Origin: Mobula birostris
Lineage: Eukaryota
Assembly: GCF_030028105.1 (NCBI RefSeq)
Contig: NC_092398.1
Coordinates: 28,490,424 to 28,554,423, forward strand
Reading direction: 5' to 3'
DNA length: 64,000 nt
Position 1 is the stretch's first letter; every line of letters starts with the position of its first letter. This document shows positions 11,900 to 24,620 of the stretch, in pieces. A program made the position numbers and the translations under genes. A model generated the notes under the pieces. That model was not told the origin of the DNA and ran no database searches. It worked only from the letters and a program-made list of their open reading frames with translations.

Positions 11900-12410
11900 C
11901 TGTGTCTGGCCCCGGGAGTGTGTGATGGGACAGTGTGGAGGGAGTTTCACTCTGTGTCTGACCCCAGGTGTGGAGGGAGCTTCACTCTGTGTCTGACCCC
12001 GGGAGTGTGTGATGGGACGGTGTGGAGGGAGCTTCATTCTGTGTCTGACCCCGGGAGTGTGTGATGGGACGGTGTGGAGGGAGCTTCACTCTGTGTCTGA
12101 CCCCAGGTGTGGAGGGAGCTTCACTCTGTGTCTGACCCCGGGAGTGTGTGATGGGACGGTGTGGAGGGAGCTTAACTCTGTGCCTCACTCCGGGAGTGTG
12201 TGATGGGATGGTGTGGAGGGAGCTTCTCTCTGTGTCTGACCCCGGGAGTGTGTGATGGGACGGTGTGGAGGGAGCCTCACTCTGTGCCTCACTCCGGGAG
12301 TGTGTGATGGGACGGTGTGGAGGGAGCTTCACTCTGAGTCTGACCCCGGGAGTGTGTGATGGGACGGTGTGGAGAGGGAGCTTCACTGAGTGTCTGACCC
12401 ATGGAGTGTG
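11900..12410 (+). repeat. 52-bp minisatellite array, about 10 units with truncated variants
   Basis: Same unit as 9295. The ORFs over it are artefacts of the repeat. Confidence 0.95.
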
Positions 12411-12900
12411 TTATTCAATGGTGTATTCCCTACATTAATTCAGTGGTTTTCTCAAGTAATGTTATGTCTTAGCTTGGAAAAAATTAGAAGTAGAACTTTT
12501 GATCCTCGATTCGATTTTGAAAGAAGATGGGGCTTTTTGAATTAATTTATATGGTTTCCTTCCAATCTTATTTTATATAAATGTGAATTGGCAGTTGATA
12601 ATTTTTCTTCTTTATTTATATAGATAATTGTAAGACGTATTGCTCCGGGAGTTGGTTCTTAATGGTTTTCTTTTCTCTTTTTTCTTTTCTTTCTCTGGTA
12701 GTTACTGGGGTGTTTTTTCTTTCAGTAGTTGGGGTTCTCTCTTTCCTTCTTGATAAAAAAAAGTATTTTTTTCATTATCATATTATTATTTTTTGATAAG
12801 TTTTTTTCTCCAGCTTTATTAACTGTATATATATCAATTTGCTGTAATCTTGTACCATCTTAAAGCTGTTGAAGGTTAGGTATCAATAGAAAAATTTTAA
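12410..12900 (+). mobile_element. L1-type 3' UTR fragment
   Basis: T-rich UTR ending aatagaaaaattttaaaaatgaaag, similar in character to 38445-38804. Confidence 0.5.
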
Positions 12901-12941
12901 AAATGAAAGTGAAATTCAATGATGTGTGGGGAGCTGTGACA

Positions 12942-13125
12942 GCTTCCATCTCTGAGAAGCTCTCTTTGTTTTCCTTGCAGTTTTGTTCCCTAATAATTGA
13001 CAAGGACGTCATTATCAGCAGCTTCCACACTATCAATGACTCAAATGTTCTAGCTTTTATTTTGTGTCCCTCCCTGGCTAACATTACCCTGCTGCGGAAA
13101 GTCCTCACCACTTCCCCATTTCCAG
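12942..13125 (+). other. inverted paralog of the 49.1-49.3 kb island (kB/CRE module)
   Basis: 12942-12977 matches revcomp 49304-49339 at 33/36. 13097-13125 matches revcomp 49099-49127 at 23/29, including GGAAAGTCC. The ACGTCATTA block is shared. Confidence 0.8.
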
Positions 13126-13319
13126 GTGCCTGGTTGGATCATGAGGTCCATATCCTTCAGAAGCTGCTTACTTCTCAAAAGTGTGATGTTGACCCCATGT
13201 TATCGCCAAGCCTCTTTCGTAAGCGGTGAATTGCAATCGGAAGTGGAGTATTATTGTCACATGTACCGAGGTACAGTGAAAAACTTGTCTTGCATATTGT
13301 TCATTCAGATCAAGTCCAT

Positions 13320-16300
13320 GAGCTCTTGAAAGGGGCAACCCAGGTCAATAAGGTGGTTAAGATGGCTGATGGAATAGATTGCTTGCTTTTATTGGCCAGG
13401 ACACTGAGTTCAAAAGCCAAGAGGTTATGTTGCAACTTTATAAAGCCCTGGTTAGGCCACATCTGGATATTACAAGTGGTTCTGGCTGCCCCACCACAGG
13501 AAGGTTTTTGATGCTTTGGAGAGAGTGCAGAAGAGGTTTACCAGGATACTGTCTGGTTCAGAGGGCGTGTGCTATCATGAGAGGCTGGAGGAGGACAAGG
13601 TGGCGGCGTGACGGCAGCGTGCGTGGCCACTTCGGTGGTGATGTCTGTTATCTGTCAAGTAGGGGACCGTGCACAATTCTGATTTGTTGGAGATGGACGT
13701 GAGAGTATGGAGGAACATCTGGAAAACTTCTGAAATGCCCACGTCATCGCTGCTGCTACGTGGTAACCGGAATCTTCGGAGCAGAAGGCCCTGAAATCCT
13801 TGGCTTTGCGTGTTTCAGCGGCTGGGGCGAGGGCGAGGTCAAAGGCACTTGGTAGAGGATGGCGCTCGGGAGGCTGGTCGGAGGCTCAAAGTTTTTGGAC
13901 GGACAGACTCAGTGTCGGCTGTGGTCGGCTGCTTCCAAGGCATCGGCAAGTTGACGGTGCCTGGAGGTTTATGGCAGGGAGTTTCTCCCTTTTGCCGCCT
14001 GCTATCGGGGACTCGGGAGTCAATCGACTCAGGGACTTTTGAGACTTTATTTACCGTGCCCATGATTTGTTCTTCATCAAATTATGGTATTGCTTTGCAC
14101 TGCTGTAACTATATGTTATAATTATGTGGTTCTGTGTTAGTCTTTGGTTTGTCCTGTTTTCTGTGATATCACTCCGAAGAAACATTGTATCATTTCTTAA
14201 TGCATGTATGCATTTCTAAATGACAATAAAGGAGGACTGAGTGTTCTCATAATCTAAACTTGGGTTGTTTTCTCTGGAGCGACGGAGGCTGAAGGGAGGT
14301 CTGAGATCTCTATTTCCTGAGGAGACTGAGGTCCTTTAACATCTGTCGGACGATGCTGAGGATGTTCTATGAGTCTGTGGGGGCCAATGCGATCATGTTT
14401 GCTGTTGTGTGCTGGGGCAGCAGACACCAACAGAATCAACAAACTCATTTGTAAGGCCAGTGATGTTGTGGGGATGGAACTGGACTCTCTGACGGTGGTG
14501 TCTGAAAAGAGGATGCTGTCCAAGTTGCATGCCATCTTGGTCAATGTCTCCCATCCACTACATAATGTACCGGGTGGGCACAGGAGTACATTCAGCCAGA
14601 GACTCATTCCTCCGATATGCAACACAGAGCGTCATAGGAAGTCATTCCTGCCAGTGGCCATCAAACTTTACAACTCCTCCCTTGGAGGGTCAGACACCTT
14701 GAGCCAATAGGCTGGTCCTGGACTTATTTCATAATTTACTGGCATAATTTACATATTACTATTTAACTATTTATGGTTCTATTACTATTTATTATTTATG
14801 GAGCAACTGTAACGAAAACCAATTTCCCCCGGGATCAATAAAGTATGACGATGACTATGACTATGTTTATAAGATCACAAGAGGCATAGAGAGAGTACAC
14901 AGAGTGTCTGATTCCCAGGGTAGAAATGTCTAATACTTGAGGGCATGCATTGAAGGTGAGAGGGGGTAGGTTGAAAGGGGATGTGAGGGGAAAGTTTTTT
15001 ACTCAGAGATTGGTGAGTGCCTGGAATGCACTGCCTAGTGTGGTGGTAAAAGCAAATACATTGAAGGCTTTTAAGAGATGTTTGGATAGGTCCTTGGATG
15101 TAAGGAGGATGGGGGGATGTGGATGTGGTGTAGGTGGGAGGGATTAGTGTTTGGGCATTTTTGATTTGCTTTTTAGCCGGTTCTAAATGAACGGCCTGAT
15201 GCTGGGCTGTGTTCTGTCAGATCATTACACAGTGCACTGAGGTAGAACATGGTAAAATGTTAACAATGCAGAACAAAGTGTAAAAGCGACGGAGAATTCA
15301 GGAAGGATCGTTGATGCATGAAAGCAGGATAGAACATAAAAGCAAGGAGGTGACGCTGAGGCTTTATGAGGCCCTGGTCAGACCGCACTCGGAGTACCGC
15401 GAGCAGCTTTGGGCCCCTTGTCTGAGAAAGGATGTGCTGGTGTTGGAGAGGATCGAGAGGCGGTTCGTGAGAATGATCCTGGCAATGAAAGGGTTAGCAG
15501 ACGAGGAGCGTTTGATGACTCTGGGCCTGTACTCGCTGGAGTTTGGAAGATTGGTGGGGGGAGTCTCGTTAAAACCTGTTGAATTTTGAAAGGCCTAGAT
15601 GGAGTGGAACTGGAGAGTACGTTTGCTACAGTGGGGGACGGGTGCCTTGATCCAGCGAGCACAGCCTCAAAATAGGAAAAAGTCCCTTTTGGACAGAGAG
15701 GTGGAGGAGTCTCTTTAGCCGGAGGGCGGTGAATCTTTGGAATTCATTGCCAGAGACAGGTGTGGAGCCCAAGTACAGTACCTGGGTATATTTAAAGAGG
15801 GGGTTGATAGGTTCCTGATTATTCCAGGCGTCAAAGGTGACGGGGAGAAGGCAGGAGAATGGGGTTGAGAGGGAAAATAAATCAGCCCTGATCGAATGGC
15901 ACAGCAGACTCAATGGGCTGAATGGCCTAATCCTGCTCCTGTCTTTTATGGTATAAAACCCTGGTTAGACCACACTTGGAGTATTGTGTTCAGGTCTGGT
16001 CGCCTCACTATAGGAAGGGTGTGGGAGCTTCAGAGAGGGCGCAGAGGAGATTCACTAGGATGCTGCCTGGACCGGAGAACATGTCTTTTGAGGAGAGGTT
16101 GAGCGAGCTGGGACTTTTCCCTTTGGAGCGAAGGAGGGTGAGAGATGACTTGATAGAGGTGTGCAAGATGATGAGAGGCACAGAGCCTTCTCTTCAGATT
16201 GGAGATGTGAGACGACAGAACTTTAAGGAGGAAAGCACAGGGGGGATGTCAGAGAGTGGCGGGTGTGTGGAACGGGCAGTGGCAGAGGCAGATACCTTAG

Positions 16301-16420
16301 GGACATTTAAGAGACTCTTAGACAGGCATGTGGATGATAGAAAAATGGAGGGCTCTGTAGGAGGGAAGGGTTGGATTGACCTTGGAGAAGGTTAACACCA
16401 TGGGCTATACTGATCTATGT
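13320..16420 (+). mobile_element. cluster of CR1 3' fragments with nested insertions (unclassified repeat 13590-14256; Rex1-like 14330-14865)
   Basis: Repeated LQLYKALVRPHLEYCVQ..W and FFTQRVV..WN motifs. The Rex-like insert reads NRINKLICKAS...ERHRKSFLPVAIKLYN and ends in an (atgact)n tail. Confidence 0.8.
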
Positions 16421-16429
16421 TCAACAAAG

Positions 16430-17530
16430 TGCAGTGCTGGTAGACAATAAGGTGTAAGATCATAACGAGGTAGATTGTGAGGTCAAGAACCCATCTTTTT
16501 GTACTACAGAACCACTCAATACGTTTATAACAGTGGGGAGAAGCTGTCCTTGGGCCTGGTGGGACGTGCTTTCAGGTTTTGCACCTTCTGCCCGATGGGA
16601 GTGGGGGAAGAAGTGAGAATCTCCGGGGGTGGGTGGAATCTCTCATCATTCTGGCTGCTGTACTTAGGCAGAGAGATGTCTATTGAGGGGAGGCTGGTTT
16701 TTGTGATGTGCTGAGATGTGTCCACGGCTCTCCGCTGCCTCTTGTGGTCACGGGCAGAGCAGCTGCCGCAGCGAGCGCCGATGAATCCGGAGAGCGGGCA
16801 GAGGGCGCGCTCTGACCAGCTGATCCGCGATAATGCCGGGAACTCTACACCTCTGGCCCGTACCGCTGAACGGACCGAGCGTGGGAGTCTCCTCACACAC
16901 CCAGAAAAGCAAGTATTAAACTCCACCCTTCAAATCCGCCAGAATCTTGTATTAAGACAGTAGGATATAGGACCAGAATCAAACCATTCAGTCGATCGAG
17001 TCTGCTCTGCTGTTCCACCATGGCTGATTTTTAATCCCTCTCAACCTCAATCTCCTGCTTTCTCCCAACCTTTGTCTTTGCTAATCAAGAGCTGATCAAC
17101 CTCCACTTTAAATCTTCTCAATGACTTGGCCTCCACAGCTTTTCTGGCAATGAATTCCATAAACTCACCACTCACTGGCTAAAGAAATTCCTCCTCACCT
17201 CTGTTCTAAAAGGATGCCCCTCTATTCTGAGGCTGTGTCCTCTGGTCCTAGTCTCCCCACTATAGGAAACGTCCTCTCCACATCCACTCTATCCAGGCCT
17301 TTCAAGGGGGATATTAGAGGAAGTTTTTTTACTCAGAGAGTGGTTGGTGTGTGGAATGCACTGCCTGAGTCAGTGGCGGAGGCAGATACACTAGTGAAGT
17401 TTAAGAGACTACTAGACAGGTATATGGAGGAATTTAAGGTGGGAGGTTATATGGGAGGCAGGGTTTGAGGGTCGGCACAACATTGTGGGCCGAAGGGCCT
17501 GTACTGTGCTGTACTATTCTATGTTCTATG
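16430..17530. mobile_element. Rex1 fragment (minus) followed by opposed CR1 3' ends
   Basis: SPTPIGQKVQNLKARPTRPKDSF-type sequence; CR1 tails on both strands. Confidence 0.65.
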
Positions 17531-18055
17531 TTCAATATTTGACAGATTTCAGTGAGATCCCTCTTCATTAATTAAATTCCAGCGAGCTCGAGCCCAGACT
17601 ACTAAACACTCCTGTGTTAGTGCCTGTGTTGTGAGTAAGAACTGAACACACCCTGACTTTCCCTTCGGCTAGAAGTGTTTATTTCCATGCCAATGACAGG
17701 TTAATTGGGTGAGCAGGAAATTAACAGATGGAGAATAATGGTGGGAAAGTATGTGGTTATCCATGTCACAGTGAAGAATGGGGAAGTACATTTTTACAAG
17801 ATGCCCCAGTACAAGGGACTAGTATATGCAACTTGAAAGGTTAGTTTGCAGATACAGTAAGTAATTACAAAATCTCCCCCACCCCCGCCCCCCAACACTT
17901 TCCCCGGAGAACCACGTCCTGACTAGCAGCATCACCTGGTACGGGAACTGCACTACCGCTGATCACAAGATTGTACATCATGTAGTGAGGACTGCTGATG
18001 AAATCATCGAGGTCTCCAGTGTGCATTTAATATTTCAATAATATTGGAGTAATCT

Positions 18056-18094
<39 letters not shown>

Positions 18095-18098
<4 letters not shown>

Positions 18099-18330
18099 TT
18101 TGGTTAAGCATTCTTGTTCATTTAAATAATTAATTTCAGGTTATATGTTTCTATATGCAAACAAATCCCAAGATTGTATAATTCATACATTCTTTGATAA
18201 TAAATGCACTTAGAAACTTGAAATGTAGAAGTACGTGAATTACATACGTCATCACGCGATCACATGATACGTGCGGGCCTCGCTTAAAGTAAACTTGAAG
18301 TTAGACCCACATCCTTTTGAATTAGTTTAA
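18095..18330 (+). repeat. dispersed LTR-like repeat, second copy at about 57710-57890
   Basis: Shared tacgtgaat..catacgtca..gatacgtgcg..cttaaagtaaac block. Confidence 0.55.
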
Positions 18331-19074
18331 TTAGTTTAGATACAAGATATAACATTTCTGTCTCCCTCTCTTCCCCCCTCTCCCTCTCCTCCGTCTCTCC
18401 TTCTCCCTTTCCCTCTCTCTCTCCCCCCAATCCCCCACCCCCATTCCGGACATATGTCAGAGGTCCTGCATAACAGTGCTTTCAGCTTTGTCAAAGACCT
18501 CTCCCATCCTTCCCGCAATCCCGTTGATCTCCTGCTGTCAGGGAGAATGTACCACTGCATGAGGACGAGAACTGACAGGTTGAGTTATAGCTTCTTGCCC
18601 CGGGCTGTTAGACTTGACTTGTAACACCCTGCTATGGAATTTGTTGCCATGAGCAGCTGTGGAGTCCAAGTCATTGGGGACATTTAGGGCAGAGATAGAT
18701 AGGTTCCTGATTAGCCAGGGCATCAAAGGGTATGGGGAGAAGGCAGGGGAGTGGGGTTGACTGGAAGAATTGGATCAGCCCATGATTGAATGGTGGAGCA
18801 GACTCGATGGGCTGAATGGCCTACTTCTGTTCCTATACCTTATGGTCTGATGGTCACAGGGAGAACATTTGAAGTCAGACATCAAACATACAGACATCAG
18901 TGGGAATCGAACCCTGATCAATAATCACTGGCACTATAGAGCAATTGTGCTATCTGCTACGATATCGTGCAGTCCCTGATTATGTTAATTAGACAATTTA
19001 GATTAACCTTAGTTTGTAATGTACACTTCTGCTGCTAAAAAAAATGCTTTTGATGGTATTTATACTGATTGAGG

Positions 19075-19635
19075 CCCTCTGTTGCTCCAGGTTGACCACG
19101 GTGTCCTAGCTATCTACGTGATTCGCAAGATGGTACACAACTCAGAGCAGTACGATACGGTGAGCAAGCTGTTGCCGACACAACAGGCTCCCCCCTCTCC
19201 ATGCTGCTGATAAAGCCAAAGGAATGCCAGAGACCGATACAGTTTGGCACCAGCAGCATCGCAGTCGTTGCTAGTCAGTGTTGAACTCAACGTTCGACTG
19301 CCTTATCCGGCTCTGGATTTTTCCCTCGGGGTTTACTCCCAAAGCCTTCCCCATGGAAGGCAGCGGAGGTTTGAGATCAGACTTCTCCTTCTCTTTGACG
19401 GGATGCCAACCACAGCTGATGAGCCCCATCTGCCTGAAGCAGTTGGTTTTAAGGGACCAATAACCCACCTTTGCCCTTTCCCCTGTTAGTAGAAATGCTT
19501 CTGCTGGGCTTAGTAGCTAAGCCACATGTGAAGTTCCAGGAGCTGGAATTGGATGTCCGAGGCTATTTCAGCTGTACACCATTGGGAGCTCATTCCCACT
19601 ACCTTCCCAGGCTTTGACAACCTTAAGGAACCTTA
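19075..19635 (-). mobile_element. about 550-bp interspersed repeat resembling an RTE LINE 5' leader (copies 36300-36890, 44880-45170, 61150-61700, 62540-62880)
   Basis: Five colinear copies sharing gggcttagtagctaagccacac and ggggtttactccc motifs. An RTE endonuclease N-terminus occurs at about 63780-63870. The RTE assignment is inference. Confidence 0.6.
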
Positions 19636-19843
19636 AGAAGCTATGCATCTATTCCCATGACAATAAACTTGAACAAGAGAGAGTGAACAGCAGAGGGCGC
19701 TATAGGGCAAGGCTTACTCCAGACATCTGTAAGGAATGGCAGATGAAGTTCAATTCAGATAAATGCAAGGTGTTACATTTTCATGGATGAAACCAGGACA
19801 GGGCATAAACAGTGAACAGGCAAGTCCTGGTGAGTGTTGTAGA

Positions 19844-20296
19844 CACTGTTCCCTCTAACCTCTATGGGTGTGTGGCCACGCAGTAACTGAAATGCTCCCG
19901 CGCACATAGCCATTATTACTGCGCAGCTGAAATTCTCTTTTATATAATGTTAATATAATTTTGAAATCTTTGTTAATATAATTGAGAAATACCCTGTAAT
20001 TAATTATGTTAATGGATAGAGTTCATTAATTTTCTAAATAATAAACATACCATAAACTTTGAAACATTTCAGAGCTTCAATGCATTTACATTGTCAATGT
20101 TCCAGGTTACAACACTGTTACAAATTGTAACAATGAACACAGAATGGAAGTCCATAGCTCATTGTTAATAAACTGCCGGCCTGCATTGAATGTTGATGCT
20201 GTAATATTCATAAATAAAAAAACATTTAAAGTGCCAGGCAGTTTTCAGAGCAGTGGTTAGTCCACACAGTGGTAAAAAGAATTAGAGGGAAGGTCG
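19844..20296. mobile_element. hAT-type MITE, 8-bp TSD GTTGTAGA
   Basis: TSD at 19836-19843 and 20297-20304; TIRs cactgttccctctaa / ttagagggaaggtcg (11/15); interrupts a CR1. Confidence 0.85.
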
Positions 20297-21048
20297 GTTG
20301 TAGAACAGAGAGACCAAGGTGTGCTGGTTCATAAAACCTTAAAGTGGCGACACGGACAGGGAGGTGAAGGAGGTGTTTGTATGTTTGCCGTCATTGAAAG
20401 GGCACTGAATACAAGAGTTGGGATGTCACGTTTTAGCTGTACAAAGACTTCAAAGACAAAGTAACAAAGTACGTAGACTGTAGTGGGCTGGGTTGATCAG
20501 ACCCAAACTATTCGAGCTATAATAAGTAAACAGGCCCAACAAAGGAACTCAAGCCCAATTTACTATCATAAAAATAGAAAGGCACAGAAAATACTCCATA
20601 GCAAGTCACAAAGATTCCAGGGCTCACAATTCTTAGTCACCACTTGATTGTTGTTAGGAGAACTGAAAACTCCAACTCGCTTATGAAATCACCCTGAGTC
20701 ATAGGCACCGATGGTGATTTCCAGTCTAAAGAATCCAGGGCAAGGTGTTCCAGTAAACAGGAGATCCACAAACGTAGAGAGACACACAGAGACAGACAGA
20801 TGCCTTGATCTTTTATCCTTCTGCCATTAACTCGGCCTTCATTCATTAACACAGTGTTCAGCATACCCTTACTAATCAGTTAGACTCTATAATGGTCAGT
20901 CCTTATCCATCAGTCCACCAATGTTTAGGACTTAACGTTCCTTGAAATTACAGATGATTAGTTAACCTAAATGCCCTGCCTCTTCCCACTTTAAATGCCC
21001 TGCCCTAAATACCCTATTTACCTTTACGTGCCTAAATGCCTCTAAATG

Positions 21049-21190
21049 NNNNNNNNNNNNNNNNNNNNNNNNNNNNNNNNNNNNNNNNNNNNNNNNNNNN
21101 NNNNNNNNNNNNNNNNNNNNNNNNNNNNNNNNNNNNNNNNNNNNNNNNNNNNNNNNNNNNNNNNNNNNNNNNNNNNNNNNNNNNNNNNNN
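21049..21190. other. assembly gap (142 N)
   Basis: Run of N. Confidence 1.
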
Positions 21191-22269
21191 GAGTCCAGAC
21201 TCTCGTTTTGTGGCCACTGTCCATGCCTCCCTGGGTAACTGAGCCATTTCCTCCAGTCACGATGGCGCCGAGCTTCAGTCTCTATTGAGGTTGCGGCTCA
21301 GACTGAAGTTGATTTTTTTAGGTTCGTATCAATGTTTTTGGGGACAGAGAGAGGTTTTACTGGTCAGGTTAGGATTTAGTGACAGGAATGTGGGGGAATT
21401 AGAGGTCAGGCCAGATCTAGGGCTTTACTCCACGAGCGAAGGCCAGCGAGGACGTGGATGAAGGACTTCCATGGATGGGTGTTCAGTTGGCAAACATGCT
21501 GGACAAAGACTAGCTGGTTCTCCTCCATACCCTAGGTCAGTCAGTTCACTGTAGAAGCAGTGGGATTGGAGGTCCAGGAGGGCAGGAAGGATGAGGGCTG
21601 GTGACCCCTTAGCTACTCCAGTTGGTGTGTCTGGAGTTCAGGTCTCATGCCATCGATGAGGCCGGAGTTCGAGGACTGGAGTATGGGATCCCATCATCGT
21701 TGTGCCCTGTGGTCAAGGACTGAGGGTCGATTGTGAGTCTGGAAATTGAGACCCGGTGGCTCCAATAGCCCCAGCCAGCCGGCCTTTCCTGGGTTTGGAG
21801 GACGGTCTGTGTGTGCGCGCGTGCGTGGTGGGTCAACAGGCGAGAGGGAGGGAAAAGGCTTCTTTTGCTGTTGTTCTGCCGAACGTGGTGGGCAAGCTGC
21901 GTTGGCATCAGAATGTGTGGCAACACTTGCGGGCTGCCCCCAGCACAGCCTGAGGTTGTGTTGGTTGTTTGGATACACACACACGATATATAAATCAGTC
22001 TGAATTTGGGGCCGTGGGACCCACTTCTGGAGAGACCTGAGCTTAAGATCTCAGAAACCACTCTTGGAGCCTTCGGAAGTTGCCACGCTGTGGAAGAGGG
22101 TAGAGATGATGTGAAGGTGCAGCGTGGGAGGGGCACTGCCGAGGGTCCTCCACACTGAGGGGGGTGGGGAATGGTACCGAGGGTTTGCGGCACTTTGAGA
22201 AAGATGGGGAAGTGTGGCACTGCTGAGCTCTGTCAGGAACGCCACACTGATGCAATCTTCTAGCATAGA

Positions 22270-24620
22270 CACTGCAGGTTCGCATCAGCAAGTCACGTCA
22301 CAGTTGTATAAAACTTTGGATGGGGTGCACTTGGTTTAACTGTTTGCAGTTCTGGCCATCCCATTACAGGAAAGATGCGGAGGAGTGGAGGTTACAGAGA
22401 AAATAGAACACATCACAGCACAGAACAGGCCGTTCGGCCCGCAATGGAATTTGGAAGGATCGGGGGAGGAATCTCATTGAAACCTTTCAAATGTTGAAAG
22501 GCCTAGACAGAGTAGATGTGGCAGGGATGTTTCCCATGGTGGGGGAGTCTAGGACAAGAGGGCACAGCCTCGGGATAGATGGGCATCCATTTAAAACGGA
22601 GATGTGGAGAAATATCTTTAGCCAGAGGCTGGTGAATTTGTCCAACCTGTTAGCTGTGGAGGCCAGGTCGTTGGGGGTATTTAAGGCAGAGCTTGATAGG
22701 TTCTTGATTGGACACGGCATCAAAGGTTACGGGAGTGGGGCTGAGGAGGGGAAAAAAGGATCAGCCATGATTGAATGGCGGAGCAGACTTGATGGGCTGA
22801 ATGGCCTAATTCTGCCCCCATGTGTTATGATCTCACGTTATGCCCGGCTAGTTACCTACTCTCAGATTAATCCAACCCTTCCCTCCCACATAGTCCTCCA
22901 TTTTTCTATCATCCATTTGCTTGTCCAAGAGTTTCTTAAATGTCCCTAAAGTATTTGTGTCCACAACCACCCCTGCTGAGGTGTTCCGTGCACCCATCGC
23001 TCTCTGTGTGAAAAACCGACCTCTGACATCCCCTCTATGCTTTCCTCTAATCAACTTAAAATTATGCCCCATCATATTAGCCATTTCCGCCCTGAGAAAA
23101 AGCCTCTGGCTGTCCACTCTATTGATGCCTCTTATCGTCTTGCACACCTCTGTCAGGTCACCTCTCATCCTCCTTTGCTGTGGAGAGAAAAGGCCCAGCT
23201 TGCTGAACCTGTTTTCATAAAACACGTTTTCTAATCCAGCAGGCCAGGCAGCATCTCTAGGAAGAGGTGCAGTCGACGTTTCAGGCCGAGACCCTTCATC
23301 CTGACGAAGGGTCTCGGCCTGAAACGTCGACTGCACCTCTTCCTAGAGATGCTGCCTGGCCTGCTGCATTCACCAGCAACTTTCATGTGTGTTGCTTGAA
23401 TTTCCAGCATCTGCAGAATTCCTGTTGTTTTCTCTAATCCAGGCAGCATTCTGGTAAATCTTCTCTGCACCCTCTCTAAATGAAGTGGCCTGAACTGAAC
23501 ATGATACTTCAAGTGTGGTCTAACTGGAGTTGTGTGGAGATGAAACATTATCTGATGGATCTTAAACTCAGTCCTCCGACTGATGACGGCCAACACTCCT
23601 TATACCTTCTTCATCATCCTGTCGGCTTGCTACGGACTCTGAGGCATCTGTGGGCTCCGTCTCTGTTCCTTCACACTGCTAAAAGTCCTAACATAAACTC
23701 TGCCTTCAAGTTCAACCTTACAAAGTGAGTCATTTCACACTTTTCCGAGTGGAACGCTGAGGTGTCGGAGTTCAGTAAATCAGTGATGACAGAGGCTTTG
23801 GAGAGGGTGCAGAAACGGTTCACCAGGATCCTGCCTGGATTCAGGGCATGGGCGATAAGGAGGCAGTTGGAGAAACCAGTGTGGTTTTCTCTGGAGAGTG
23901 GAGACCTGATAGAAGTTTATAAGATATTGAGAGGCATTGGTAGGGGAGGCAGAGTCTCTCCCTTCAGTGTGGAAATGTCAAAGACTGAAGGATGGGCATT
24001 TAAGGTGAAAGGGGGCAGGGGGCAGAGAATGAAGAACAGACACGGAGCAAATTGTTTTACGCAGAGGTGGGTGTCGGAAATGGGCTGCGAGGGTTGCCAG
24101 ACACCATAGTGGTGTTTAGAAGCCTTTTAGAAACAGAGCACAGCAGCACAGAAACTGGACCTTTGGCCCACCTAGTCCATGCTGAACTGTTACTCTGCCT
24201 ACGCCCATCGACACGCACCGGGACCACAGCTCTCCACACTCCTGTCGTCTATGTACTTATCCAAACTTCTCTGAAATGTTGAAATCAAAACCACATGCAC
24301 CACTTCCGCTGGCAGCTGGTTCCACACTCTCACCACCCCGTGCGTGAGAAAGTTCTCCCTCTCAGATTCCCCTTGAATATCCCATTTTTCACCCCGAACC
24401 CATGACCACTAGTTCTAGTCTCCCCCAACCTCAGTGGGAAAACCCTGCTTGCATTTTATCCTTTCTATACCCCTCATAGTTTTGTATACCTCTTGTCAAA
24501 TCTCCCCTCATTCTCCTACGCTCCTGGGAATGAACTGCGAACCTGTTCAACCTTTCCCTATAACTCAGATCCTCTAGTCCCTGTAACATCCTTGTAAATT
24601 TCCTCTGTCAGGGGATTGAG
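22270..24620. mobile_element. cluster of CR1 3' fragments on both strands
   Basis: Repeated GLFSLE..R.RGDL.EV.K and FTQRVV motifs with CR1 tails. Confidence 0.8.
23237..23366. repeat. perfect 61-bp inverted repeat with 8-nt loop, made of head-to-head PLE tails containing a hammerhead core
   Basis: Arms 23237-23297 and 23306-23366 are exact reverse complements; loop ATCCTGAC; TCTAATCCAG duplicated at 23230-23239 and 23433-23442. Confidence 0.95.

Noticed and set aside
11900-12410. 52-bp repeat array as a CRISPR array
   Set aside because: Units are head-to-tail with no unique spacers, there are no cas genes, and the context is a vertebrate genome.
12903-13229. 108-aa plus ORF after an acceptor-like tract as a host exon
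   Set aside because: No recognisable domain; the paralog at 49.1-49.3 kb has indels and does not keep the frame.
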